Source: a bacterium (GTDB lineage: Bacteria > Verrucomicrobiota > Kiritimatiellia > RFP12 > UBA1067). From it: 64,000 bases of DNA. The notes beneath the pieces were generated by a model. It saw nothing but the letters and a program-made list of their open reading frames with translations. It ran no database searches and was not told the origin of the DNA. The position numbers and the translations under genes were made by a program. Each line of letters begins with the position of its first letter. Position 1 is the stretch's first letter. The stretch covers positions 3,170 to 67,169 of the forward strand of contig JAUNMP010000001.1 of the NCBI GenBank assembly GCA_030537465.1, given 5' to 3'. This document shows positions 18,720 to 28,288 of this stretch, one piece after another.

Positions 18720-18726
18720 GCGACGC

Positions 18727-20136
18727 GTGGGTATGACGCTGAATCGCCGCGCATTCATGGGGACGCTCGCAGCCGCGGGCGCCGCCCCGTTCGCGTCCGC
18801 CGAGGGGAAACCTTCGGCGGCACCTCTTTCCGTGGGAACGGTGAACTTTGCCTCTGCGCTTCGCGTCGAGGCAGTCGTCGATGTGTTCGTCGCGGGCGGC
18901 GGTCCCGCGGGCATTTGCGCGGCCCTCGCCGCCGCGAGGTCTGGGAAGAAGGTCTATCTGGCCGAGGCGACGGGAGCCTTTGGCGGTGCGGCGACAGCGG
19001 CCTATGTACCGGCCTTCGCGCCGTTTGACGACGGCGTCCATCCCGTTGTGGGGGGGATTGGTCGCGAAATCCGCCAGCAGGTCTCGCAGGAGATTCCGAT
19101 CAATTCGTACTGGACGGCCATCGATCTCGAGGAACTCAAACGCGTCTACGACAGGATGATCACGGAGGCGGGCATCGGCTTCTCGTTCTTTACGTCGCTC
19201 GTGGCGGTGGAGGCGAAGGGGGGGCATGTCGACCATGTCGTGCTGGCAGGCAAGCGCGGCCTCTTCGCAGTGAAGGCGCGGATCTTCATCGACGCAACGG
19301 GTGACGCCGATCTGGTCGCCTTTGGCGGCGGAGCCTTCGAGATGGGCGACGAAGACGGCACGGTGATGCCGTGCACGCTTTGTACGCAATGGTGCGACAT
19401 CGACTTCTCGCAGAAGAATCCGCATCCCCAGTCGCTCCTGCCCAAGGCGATTGCGGACGGCGTCTTCTCCGTGCCCGATTTGCATCTGCCGGGGTTTTTC
19501 AAGGGCCCCTATAAGGATTCGTCGCTGGGGCGCGGCAACATCGGCCACGTCTTCAACGTCGATCCGACTGACGAGCGGTCGCTCACGCGTGCAATGGTCG
19601 ACGGTCGTCGGCGCATGCCGGAGTGGGGGCGATTCTACAAGGAATACCTCAAGGGCTACGAGAACATGCGCCTCGCTTCGACAGCGCCGCATCTCGGGGT
19701 GCGTGAAAGCCGGCGCGTGACCTGCGACTATACGCTGGGCGTGAAGGACTTTGTGGCGCGGGCGTCGTTTGCAGACGAAATCGGGCGCTACTGCTATCCA
19801 GTCGACGTCCACAACTCGAAGCCGGGCGACGCACAGGCGATGGCGGCATTTCTGAAGGAATACGAGAAAGACCTCAAATACAAGAAAGGCGAGAGCTACG
19901 GCATTCCCTATCGCTCGCTCATTCCGAAGAGCTTCTCGAACGTCCTCGTCGCCGGACGCTGCATGGGCGTCGACCGCAAGATGCAGGCCTCCATCCGCGT
20001 GATGCCGGGGGCCTTCATCACGGGGCAGGCCGTGGGGACGGCCGCCGCGCTGGCGGTCGGTTCGGACGATGTCCGCGCAGTCAAGAGCGACGACCTGCGT
20101 GCCGCGCTGCGCACGGCCGGGGCCTACATCGTCTAA
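18727..20136 (+). CDS. TAT-exported FAD-dependent oxidoreductase (FAD_oxidored family)
   Basis: TAT signal MTLNRRAFMGTLAAAGAAPFASA. Rossmann dinucleotide motif DVFVAGGGPAGICAALAAARSG. It belongs to the ~460-aa family commonly adjacent to glycan loci. Confidence 0.7.
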   Translation: MGMTLNRRAFMGTLAAAGAAPFASAEGKPSAAPLSVGTVNFASALRVEAVVDVFVAGGGPAGICAALAAARSGKKVYLAEATGAFGGAATAAYVPAFAPFDDGVHPVVGGIGREIRQQVSQEIPINSYWTAIDLEELKRVYDRMITEAGIGFSFFTSLVAVEAKGGHVDHVVLAGKRGLFAVKARIFIDATGDADLVAFGGGAFEMGDEDGTVMPCTLCTQWCDIDFSQKNPHPQSLLPKAIADGVFSVPDLHLPGFFKGPYKDSSLGRGNIGHVFNVDPTDERSLTRAMVDGRRRMPEWGRFYKEYLKGYENMRLASTAPHLGVRESRRVTCDYTLGVKDFVARASFADEIGRYCYPVDVHNSKPGDAQAMAAFLKEYEKDLKYKKGESYGIPYRSLIPKSFSNVLVAGRCMGVDRKMQASIRVMPGAFITGQAVGTAAALAVGSDDVRAVKSDDLRAALRTAGAYIV

Positions 20137-20156
20137 CAGTTGAAGGGGGGAGTTGT

Positions 20157-23100
20157 ATGAAACGAGTGGTATTGATTGCGGCGGCGTGTCTGTCGTTGGG
20201 CGTCTGGGCGGATGGTTGGCGTTTTGCAGATGGGACGTTGACCTATTCCAAGGATGGTTCGGATTCCTGGAAGATGGTACCATCCGTGAAGGGTACGACG
20301 GTGACCCTGACCTCGCTGGAATCGACGATTCCCGCGGACGGGGTGATCGATTTCGTCGGTGCGCTCGAGGCGTATGGCCTCACGGGGACGGGGTATTCGC
20401 TGGTCTTCGCCGAAGGGGAGGGACTTTCCGTTTTCGCTTCGGCTTTGGACGTGCGGCTGGCCGGCTGTCCGTGGCTGGGGCGGATGGACAAGGCTGCGGG
20501 CGCACCGTTCGCGGGCGTGACGAATCTGGTCGTCGGGACGCTGGGGACGGATCTGGATTTTGGTAGCGGCACGGGAAATACGCAGACCGTGCCGCTGGAA
20601 AACGCCGTGTTCAGTACGGCGGCGAATCTTGCGTCCGTGGAGATCTACGGTGGCAACCTCAAACTGGCGAATGCCTGTAGCGGATCCGGGAACTTGAGGA
20701 CCGTTCTCGTCCAGTCCTCCGGCACGTTGAACATGGGTTCCTGTTCGTTCAACTGCGGCACGAAGCGTCTGATGACGTCGGCGAAGGTCATCGCGGGTGG
20801 AGATCTGAATCTGGGGTCGCGGACGTTTCGGACGTCCCTTGCGACCGGGGCATCCGTGTATGTCGAAGCTCCGACCAAGGCATCCGTTGTGCTGGACGCG
20901 TTTCCGCTCTACGAAACGGAAACGAAATATTGGATCAACCTCTATTGGAACGCACCGGCGCCGAAGACCGTGAACACGAGCACGGATGCCTTTGTCGGCA
21001 ACACGATTGTCAATTGGTTCGTCTACAATACACCGGACGTGGTGGCGGCCTGGCCGAAGATGAACAAGACGTCCACGGTACAATCCGCGGCGAATTCCAG
21101 CATGTGGGTTCGACTTCCGGTCGATCCGACGGACTGCACGGGGGAGGGTTTTTGGCGGGTGCGTGGCACGGATGAGAATCCTTACCGTGGCAGTTCGTCC
21201 GGATGGGGCGGATATGGCGCATTGTACTGGTTCGACATGCGCACGGGAGATTGGTCCTATGCGGACGGCGTCCTGACCTCCGCGCATGGGTGGAAGCTCC
21301 GCCCGTCCTTCAGCGACACGACGGTGACATTGACGTCCGAGGCCTGCACACCGCCTGCGGATGGCGTCCTTGATCTCTCGGGTGCGCTTCAGTCGATGGG
21401 TTCGGCGGCGCCGGCACCCCTCGCTGACCTTTCCCTGGTTCTGACTGAAGGGGACGGACTGACGGTCTTCTCCCAGGTGAAGGTGTTCAAGGCCGCGCAC
21501 TGTCCATGGCTTGGAAAGATGGGGAAGGGAAGCGGCGCGCCGCTGACGAGCCTGGAGGCGTTTTCGGTGGGCATGCCGTTTCGGGATCTGGTCTTCGGCG
21601 ACAGCACGGCGAACACGGGGACGTTCGACACGCGTGCCAACAGTGTCTTCAGCGGAACCTCGACGCTTCGGGAGGGCACGATCCAGGGGCGCAACGTCTC
21701 GCTCAACAATGCCTGTTCGGGGCACAAGACGCTGAAGAGGATCTCCGTCCGCGCGACGGGTACGCTCGACACGGGCGTCTGCGCGTTCAACAGCGGGGGA
21801 TCGAACTTCAATCTCGAGAACGTCTCGTTCGTGGCGGGAGGCAACATCAAGATCGGCGGGCGGACGCTTCGCGCGTCGGTCGCCTCGAATGCGGTCGTCT
21901 ATGTCGAAGCGCCGGCTTCGGCGACGGTGACCCTGGATGAATGGGCGTTCTTCCAGTCCAATGAAAAGTCCCCATTCTCGCTTTATTGGAATGCAGCCGC
22001 GCCGCGTACGGTCGCGACGACGACGAAGCCGATGAACAACAAGACTGTGGCGACCTGGTACTTCTACAATACGCCGGAACTGGTGGCGACCTATCCGGCG
22101 ATGAGCGAGACGAGCAGCGTGCAGTCGGCGTCCAAGTCGTCCCTCTATCTGCGTCTGCCGGTCGATTCGTCTGATACGACGACGGAAGGTTTCTGGCGGA
22201 CGGGAAGCAACACGGATGCGAACCTGGTTCGGGGAGGCAACGAGACGGGATATGGCCCGGCCTATTGGCATGCGCCGTCTGCGATTTCTCCGGGAAATTG
22301 GACATATGCCCAGGGTGTGCTTAAGTTCGTTGACGGGGGCTCCGTGCAGTGGGAGATCGTCCCGTCGGTTTCGAAGAAGACGCTGACGCTGACGTCGAAG
22401 AACGGGACTGCGGCGGCGAACGGTGTTCTGGATCTTGCGGGGGCCGTCGAGGCGCTGAACCAGGGTGGCGTGGACGTGGTGCCGGGAACGGATTGGACGC
22501 TGGTCTTCAATGATGCGGGCGGGGCGTTCGCGAAGGTGAAGGATCTGTCGCTTTCGAACTGCCCGTGGCTCGGACGGATGGAAAAGCAGGCCGGCGCGGG
22601 CTTCTCCGCGCTGGAGCGGATTTCCGTGGGCATGCCGGATGTCGATCTGGTGTTCGGAAATGGCGCGTACAATGCCCAGAAGGTCGAGCCCTCGTACAGC
22701 GTATTCCCCGATTCGGCGAATCTGGGCGAGGTGACGATTCTGGGTGATCGGCTCGAGTTGGATGATGCCTTTGCGGGTCTGCCCAACATTTCAAACGTCT
22801 ACGTCAAGGCGACAAGATTGTTGAATCTGGGGAACTGTTCCTTCAACGACGGCGAAGCGCGCAAGTTGAAGCGGGTGTCGTTCATTTCGGGGGGTAACCT
22901 GAATATGGGCTGGCGGACGACGCGCAATGCGCTCGCGTCCGATGCCGTGATCTACGTCGAGGCGCCGGCGACGGCAACCGTGACGTTGCAGGAATACAGC
23001 TTCTACAATGGAACGGGGACGTCCTATCCTGTGTCAATGTACTGGAATGCGCCGAAACCCGTCATCGCGCAGAACTACGCCGCCGCCAGCATCATGCTGA

Positions 23101-26100
23101 CCTGGTATGTCTACAATACGCCGGAACTCGCCGCGACCTGGACGGGAATGGACGGCACGTTCCAGAACCTGGCGCGGGACTTCTACATGAAGCTACCGGC
23201 GGATTTCTCCGACACGACCACCGAGGGTGGCTGGGTTGTCGGCGATCCGGGAAATCCGGGGAATGCCTACAACAAGGGCTTCTACAAAGCCTTTTGGTAT
23301 GCGCCGACCGTCGGTGTGAACGGGTGGTCGGTCGATTTGGCGGGACAGACGCTCTCCCATACGAACGCTGCGGGACTGAGGGACTGGGAACTTGTCCCGA
23401 CAATCAGTGGAACGGCGTTGACGTTGTCGCCGAATGGCGTGGGTACGGAGGTCCTGGACCTCTGTGGCGCGATTGAGACGCTTGATTCGTCTTTGTCAGG
23501 GATGGTGTTGTCCTTTGATACGGGAACGGGCGCGTTTGCGAACGTGAAGGAGCTCTACATCACGAATGCTACGTGGTTGGCGAAGATGGTGCGTCAGTCC
23601 GGCGCGTCGTTCGGGGCTCTTGAAAAGTTCGTCGTGGATACGGATGGTAATGACCTTGTCTTCGGGGATGGCACGCAGAATGCGTTGAACGTGGCGCGGT
23701 CGTACAGCGTGTTCAGCGAAAGTACGGTGCTGGCGGATGCGACGATCTGCGGCGGCAACGTCAAACTGGGCAATGCGTGTTCGGGCCATACGACGTTGAC
23801 GCAGGTCTGCGTGCGGGCAACGGGAACGCTGGACATGGGGTACTGCTCGTTCAACTGCGGCGAGAAGGTGTACAACATCCAGAATGCGTCCGTGATTGCG
23901 GGCGGGGATCTCAAGATGGGCACGCGAACCTTCCGTACGTCTTTTGCCGCAAACGCCAGTCTGTACGTCGAGGCACCTCCGACGGCGACGGTGACCCTTC
24001 AGAATTGGACGTTCTATCAGTCGAATCTCTCCTGTCCCGTCAAGATGTACTGGAATGCTCCGGCACCGAAGACGGATCACGCCCAGGTGATGAATGGCAG
24101 TACGGATGTCCACTGGTATGTCTACAACACGCCCGAAATCGTCGACGCATGGCCGACGATGGACGGTACGACCTTCCAGCGGATGTCCGATGGGGCGACT
24201 CTGATGATCAGACTTCCGGCCGATTGCGAAAACCAGTCCGAAGAGGGGGTCTGGTGCAACGACGGCAATCAAAACAATGCCTCGCTTCGCCGTGACAGCA
24301 ACGACTGGGGGTGGGGACCTGCCTATTGGTACAATCCGCTGCCGACGACGGAAGACTGGACCTACGACGCGGAGAACGGTCTCGTCTTCGTCCGCAATGG
24401 CGTCGCCCGCTGGCGCTTCACGCCGGCTCTTGAGGGGGCGAAGCTGACGCTCACCTCGCAGGCGGGATCGAACGTGCCGATGGACGGTCGTCTCGACCTC
24501 GCGGGAGCGCTGGAGAAGTTCGGTGGTGCGCTCGCGGGTTGTTCGATTCGCTTTGTTGAGGGCGACGGTGCGGCTGTGCTTTCGCAGGTCCGTGAGCTCT
24601 ACCTGACGAACTGCACGTGGTTGACGCATCTCGACGCCAGTGACGGCGCGGTCTTTACGGCTCTCGAGAAGCTCGTCGTGGGAACAGAAGGGCAGGATCT
24701 GGTCTTTGGCAGCGGCGCGGCGAATTCGAAAGACGCGGATGCGACGACGAGCGTCTTTCCCGGTGCGGCGGCGACACTGCGCGATGTGGTGGTGTTCGGT
24801 GGAAACGTCCAGCTGAAGAACGCCTTTGTCGGCGCCGGTGCGTTGACGCAGGCCGTTGTGAAGGCGACGGGCACGTTGGACACGGGAACCTGCTCGTTCT
24901 CCTTGCCGAACATGACGTTGAAGCGTGCCGAGCTCCGCGCGGGCGGAAACCTGACGATGGGCGACCGGACGTTCCGGACGGCCTTCGCCAAGAACGGGAA
25001 GCTGTATGTCAGCGCGCCGACCAACGCCGTCGTGACGTTGAATGCCTATCCGCTTCATCAGCGTGCCCTCTCCAAGCCGATCAGCGTGTATTGGAGCGCA
25101 CCGCCGCCGACGGGAACGAGTCAGGCTTCGTGGTCCTATCTGGACATGACCTGGTACGTGGACGCTGCCTATGCGCCGTGCTTCCCGCCGATGGGCGGTG
25201 CCGCAGTGACGAACCAGCTGAACGGTGGTTCGATCCGTCTGTCGCTGCCGGCGAATCCGAAGAACACGACGACGGCGGGATTCTGGCGTTGCGACAATGG
25301 CACGGGGGCGCCGGCCAACGGCGACAACGACCACGGGTGCGGCGCGGCCTACTGGTGCAATCGCTGGGAGGTCGAGGGACGGCCGTGCCGCTTCCTCTCG
25401 ATCGGCAACAGCTTCTCGCAGCAGATGTTCTCCTCGAGTTATAAGTTTGCGGCTTCGGCGAAACTGCTGGGACATCCGCTTGACGCGGTGGGATTGGTGA
25501 AGGGCGGCTGCTCGCTCCTGACGCATTGGAACATGCGGGCTGACAAGGGAACCTACACGCTTTACAAGGACTTCACCTCGAAGGAGAATCCTCTTGCCGG
25601 TCTGTCAGGAACGGATGTCTGTCTCACGGACGTTCTGGCGGCCGTGGACTGGGATGTCATCGTGATCCAGCAGGTCTCGACCGATTCGCCGAATCCGGAA
25701 ACCTACGAACCCTACATGGGCAATCTGGTTGCCCTATTCAGAGAGTTGGCGCCAAACGCCGAGCTCCGTTTCCAGCAGACCTGGGCCTATGACCGCGACT
25801 GTGCCATCAACTCCTCCTTCAAGTTCGGCGGCGACGTGGCGAAGCGCGATGCGATGTATGACAACATCCGCGATACAGTGGCGGAGGTCTGTGAACGCTA
25901 TGGCATGGGAATCATTCCGACGGGCTACGCCATTCAGCTCTATCGCTACGGACTTCCTGTCCGGACTGCCGCGCAGGACTTCTGCAGCGCCGACCACCGC
26001 CATATGAGCAATGGACAGGGCGGCAACTACCTCCAGATGCTGACCTGGTGCATGGCCGCCTTCGGCGAGATGCCGACGAAGACGCAGATTGCGCCGCCGA

Positions 26101-26444
26101 CGACGCCGACGGGCTTCGATGCCGATCTCGCCTGGATCTGTGCATCCAACGCCGTGATGTCCGTCGACCATCGCGACTATGGCCAGGGGACGGTCGACTT
26201 CAGCTACGACGTGACCTTCAAGGGACTCAAGGGCGAAGATCTGATGGTGCAGTCCGTGACGAACGGCGCCTTCGCCCTGCCGCCGGAAGGGAAGGCCTAC
26301 GGCCTGCGCATCACGGGATGGACGACGGAGGATGGGAGCGTGACCAATACGCCCGCCCAGATCCAAACGACGCCGGTCTATGACTGGCGAACCTGGTATC
26401 CCGTCGGAGGGGTGATTCCCGGCACGATGATTCTCTTCCAATAG
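20157..26444 (+). CDS. Giant secreted protein (2095 aa): five tandem ~345-aa repeats of an uncharacterised Cys/Trp-rich module plus a C-terminal DUF4886/SGNH-like esterase domain
   Basis: RBS AAGGGGGG precedes the ATG; signal MKRVVLIAAACLSLGVWA. Five repeats share the ordered motifs TLTS ... CPWLGRM ... NACSG ... CSFNCG ... GGDLNLGSRTFRTS ... YVEAP ... LYWNAPAPKT ... WYVYNTPE ... TEGFWR. The C-terminal FLSIGNSFS motif is DUF4886/SGNH-like. Confidence 0.8.
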   Translation: MKRVVLIAAACLSLGVWADGWRFADGTLTYSKDGSDSWKMVPSVKGTTVTLTSLESTIPADGVIDFVGALEAYGLTGTGYSLVFAEGEGLSVFASALDVRLAGCPWLGRMDKAAGAPFAGVTNLVVGTLGTDLDFGSGTGNTQTVPLENAVFSTAANLASVEIYGGNLKLANACSGSGNLRTVLVQSSGTLNMGSCSFNCGTKRLMTSAKVIAGGDLNLGSRTFRTSLATGASVYVEAPTKASVVLDAFPLYETETKYWINLYWNAPAPKTVNTSTDAFVGNTIVNWFVYNTPDVVAAWPKMNKTSTVQSAANSSMWVRLPVDPTDCTGEGFWRVRGTDENPYRGSSSGWGGYGALYWFDMRTGDWSYADGVLTSAHGWKLRPSFSDTTVTLTSEACTPPADGVLDLSGALQSMGSAAPAPLADLSLVLTEGDGLTVFSQVKVFKAAHCPWLGKMGKGSGAPLTSLEAFSVGMPFRDLVFGDSTANTGTFDTRANSVFSGTSTLREGTIQGRNVSLNNACSGHKTLKRISVRATGTLDTGVCAFNSGGSNFNLENVSFVAGGNIKIGGRTLRASVASNAVVYVEAPASATVTLDEWAFFQSNEKSPFSLYWNAAAPRTVATTTKPMNNKTVATWYFYNTPELVATYPAMSETSSVQSASKSSLYLRLPVDSSDTTTEGFWRTGSNTDANLVRGGNETGYGPAYWHAPSAISPGNWTYAQGVLKFVDGGSVQWEIVPSVSKKTLTLTSKNGTAAANGVLDLAGAVEALNQGGVDVVPGTDWTLVFNDAGGAFAKVKDLSLSNCPWLGRMEKQAGAGFSALERISVGMPDVDLVFGNGAYNAQKVEPSYSVFPDSANLGEVTILGDRLELDDAFAGLPNISNVYVKATRLLNLGNCSFNDGEARKLKRVSFISGGNLNMGWRTTRNALASDAVIYVEAPATATVTLQEYSFYNGTGTSYPVSMYWNAPKPVIAQNYAAASIMLTWYVYNTPELAATWTGMDGTFQNLARDFYMKLPADFSDTTTEGGWVVGDPGNPGNAYNKGFYKAFWYAPTVGVNGWSVDLAGQTLSHTNAAGLRDWELVPTISGTALTLSPNGVGTEVLDLCGAIETLDSSLSGMVLSFDTGTGAFANVKELYITNATWLAKMVRQSGASFGALEKFVVDTDGNDLVFGDGTQNALNVARSYSVFSESTVLADATICGGNVKLGNACSGHTTLTQVCVRATGTLDMGYCSFNCGEKVYNIQNASVIAGGDLKMGTRTFRTSFAANASLYVEAPPTATVTLQNWTFYQSNLSCPVKMYWNAPAPKTDHAQVMNGSTDVHWYVYNTPEIVDAWPTMDGTTFQRMSDGATLMIRLPADCENQSEEGVWCNDGNQNNASLRRDSNDWGWGPAYWYNPLPTTEDWTYDAENGLVFVRNGVARWRFTPALEGAKLTLTSQAGSNVPMDGRLDLAGALEKFGGALAGCSIRFVEGDGAAVLSQVRELYLTNCTWLTHLDASDGAVFTALEKLVVGTEGQDLVFGSGAANSKDADATTSVFPGAAATLRDVVVFGGNVQLKNAFVGAGALTQAVVKATGTLDTGTCSFSLPNMTLKRAELRAGGNLTMGDRTFRTAFAKNGKLYVSAPTNAVVTLNAYPLHQRALSKPISVYWSAPPPTGTSQASWSYLDMTWYVDAAYAPCFPPMGGAAVTNQLNGGSIRLSLPANPKNTTTAGFWRCDNGTGAPANGDNDHGCGAAYWCNRWEVEGRPCRFLSIGNSFSQQMFSSSYKFAASAKLLGHPLDAVGLVKGGCSLLTHWNMRADKGTYTLYKDFTSKENPLAGLSGTDVCLTDVLAAVDWDVIVIQQVSTDSPNPETYEPYMGNLVALFRELAPNAELRFQQTWAYDRDCAINSSFKFGGDVAKRDAMYDNIRDTVAEVCERYGMGIIPTGYAIQLYRYGLPVRTAAQDFCSADHRHMSNGQGGNYLQMLTWCMAAFGEMPTKTQIAPPTTPTGFDADLAWICASNAVMSVDHRDYGQGTVDFSYDVTFKGLKGEDLMVQSVTNGAFALPPEGKAYGLRITGWTTEDGSVTNTPAQIQTTPVYDWRTWYPVGGVIPGTMILFQ
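20211..25370 (+). repeat. Five in-frame tandem coding repeats (period about 1030-1045 bp) inside the giant ORF
   Basis: Repeat starts at about 20211, 21247, 22293, 23320 and 24351 (the D/W-x-Y-A-x-G-x-L motif). The repeats are ~40% identical at protein level, indicating ancient duplication rather than recent slippage. Confidence 0.7.
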
Positions 26445-26455
26445 CGTAGCCTTTT

Positions 26456-28279
26456 ATGAAGATTCATCGTCAGATTGTTTGCTGGCTGGTGGTTTCCGCG
26501 GTCTCGGCGACAGCTGAGACAATTGACGTAAAGTTCAACTACGGGGGACCTCGGGGAAAGCCGAAGATTGAATCGCGCAAGGTTGAACTGAAGCCTCTGG
26601 AAACGGGCGGCTGGCGTTATACGCTGCCGTCCACGGAGATTCCGGAACGGGCCCTCTCCGTGGAGGCGACTGTCCCCGCGCTGCTTTCGGCGCAGAAGGG
26701 CGAGGATGGATTCTGGGTGCTGCCGGATGGACGATATGGCGCGTTCAATCAGGAGAACGGCGTGTGTCTGGAGCGTCCGCGGCGGTCCATTCTGCCATTT
26801 GCCGGCTTCAAGTCGCCTCGGGGCTGCTGGATGGTCATCGTTCGAGGGCTCCGTCTGGAGTGCGACTTCGGCGTGACGGCGACGAATGGACTCTACCGGA
26901 TGTCCGTCTTTCTGCGGACGGGGGAACTGGATCGTCCTGCCTACGAGGGCGGCGTCATCGACATTCTGCCGATGCCGACGGATGCGACCTATGTCGATTT
27001 GGCGAAACGCTACCGCGACGAACAGCTGGCGGCCGGCGTGGTGCGTCCGCTCGCCGATCGGGCGAAGGAGCGTCCCGAACTCGCCTACACGGCCGAGTCG
27101 ATTTTCGTGCGCGTCAAGCACGGATGGAAGGCGCTCAACACCGACCACGAGCAGAAAGCGAAATGGGAGCACCAGACGCCGTCGAACCAGCCGCCGATCC
27201 ACTGCGCGATTTCGTTCGACCGGTTCAAGGACATCATGCGCCGGATGAAGGAGCAGGGTATCGACAAGGCCGAGGTCTGCTCGGTTGGCGGGACGGCGGG
27301 CGGCTTCGACGGACAGTTCCCCGACGTGCTGCCGATTCCTGAAGAGTTTGGCGGCGAACGGAAATTACGCGAGGCCGTCGCCTACGGGAAGTCGCTCGGT
27401 TACCAGGTGGTCACGCATTTCGCGACCACGGCGATGTTCGAGTGCTCGAAGGAGTGGAATCCCGACTTCATCTGCCACACGAAGTCGGGTGAACTGCTGA
27501 AGAGCGGCATTGTCGCGGGCGGACGGACGCATCGGCTGTGTCCGCGCGTCTATCTCGATCACTTCATCAAGCGTGACTGGGCGACGTTCCGCGATCTCGG
27601 CTTCCGCGGTACGCACCACATCGACGTGATTTCCTGCATCCCGCCGTATGCGTGCTTCAATCCGAAGCATCCGCTCACCCGCCGCGAGAGCGCCGACTGC
27701 ATGCGGGAAATCGGTCGCTATTCTCAGCAGACGTTTGGCGGTTTTGGCTCCGAGGCGAGTTTCGACTGGATGGCGCCGTCTCTCGATTTCGCGCTCTACG
27801 TCAGCTGGTATCCCGGGTCCAAGAACGCCGAGGCGACGTCCCTCGTCGATCGCGTCGTGCCGCTTTGGCAGATCGTCTACCACGGCATCATCGTGTCGAA
27901 CCCGTTCTACGCGACGATCGACGCCTACATTGATCGCGCGGCGGGGAAGAAGGGCCTTTCGGATGATCCGTTCGGACGCTTCAGCTATCTCGGGAGCGCG
28001 GCGAACCGGATTCTCAAGGTCCACGAGTTCGGTGGCCGTCCGGTCTTCTACTACACGCTCTACGAGGACGTTGCGCCGCTCAAGCGTGCCTATGACGACT
28101 ATCGGCGCTTGTCGCATCTCCAGTATGCGTTCATGGAGGACCATCGTGAGCTTGCGAGAGATGTTTTCCTGACCCGCTACTCTACGGGAGAGGAGACGGT
28201 CGCGAACTATTCTGAAAGGCCATTCGCCTGGCGAGGACGGAGTGTGGCCTCGAAGCAGTTTGAACTTTTCACGAAATGA
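26456..28279 (+). CDS. Secreted hypothetical protein (607 aa), possibly a glycan-active enzyme
   Basis: Signal MKIHRQIVCWLVVSAVSATA. No recognisable catalytic family. Aromatic-rich, with codon usage consistent with coding and an 11-bp gap to the upstream gene. Confidence 0.5.
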   Translation: MKIHRQIVCWLVVSAVSATAETIDVKFNYGGPRGKPKIESRKVELKPLETGGWRYTLPSTEIPERALSVEATVPALLSAQKGEDGFWVLPDGRYGAFNQENGVCLERPRRSILPFAGFKSPRGCWMVIVRGLRLECDFGVTATNGLYRMSVFLRTGELDRPAYEGGVIDILPMPTDATYVDLAKRYRDEQLAAGVVRPLADRAKERPELAYTAESIFVRVKHGWKALNTDHEQKAKWEHQTPSNQPPIHCAISFDRFKDIMRRMKEQGIDKAEVCSVGGTAGGFDGQFPDVLPIPEEFGGERKLREAVAYGKSLGYQVVTHFATTAMFECSKEWNPDFICHTKSGELLKSGIVAGGRTHRLCPRVYLDHFIKRDWATFRDLGFRGTHHIDVISCIPPYACFNPKHPLTRRESADCMREIGRYSQQTFGGFGSEASFDWMAPSLDFALYVSWYPGSKNAEATSLVDRVVPLWQIVYHGIIVSNPFYATIDAYIDRAAGKKGLSDDPFGRFSYLGSAANRILKVHEFGGRPVFYYTLYEDVAPLKRAYDDYRRLSHLQYAFMEDHRELARDVFLTRYSTGEETVANYSERPFAWRGRSVASKQFELFTK

Positions 28280-28288
28280 GGATATACC

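Noticed and set aside
16665-18914. 749-aa - strand ORF spanning the two TIM-barrel genes
   Set aside because: Antisense to two well-supported exported enzyme genes. Its composition is Arg/Val/Leu-biased with no motifs.
20133-22271. 712-aa - strand ORF antisense to the giant repeat gene (similar ones at 23496..25526 and 25734..26441)
   Set aside because: About 25% Arg. It overlaps the internally repeated + strand gene, whose repeats confirm the + frame as the coding frame.
20211-25370. Possibility that the five ~1035-bp repeats are an assembly artefact or very recent duplication
   Set aside because: The copies differ extensively (~40% amino-acid identity, different lengths). Each junction is unique, so they are ancient and assemblable.
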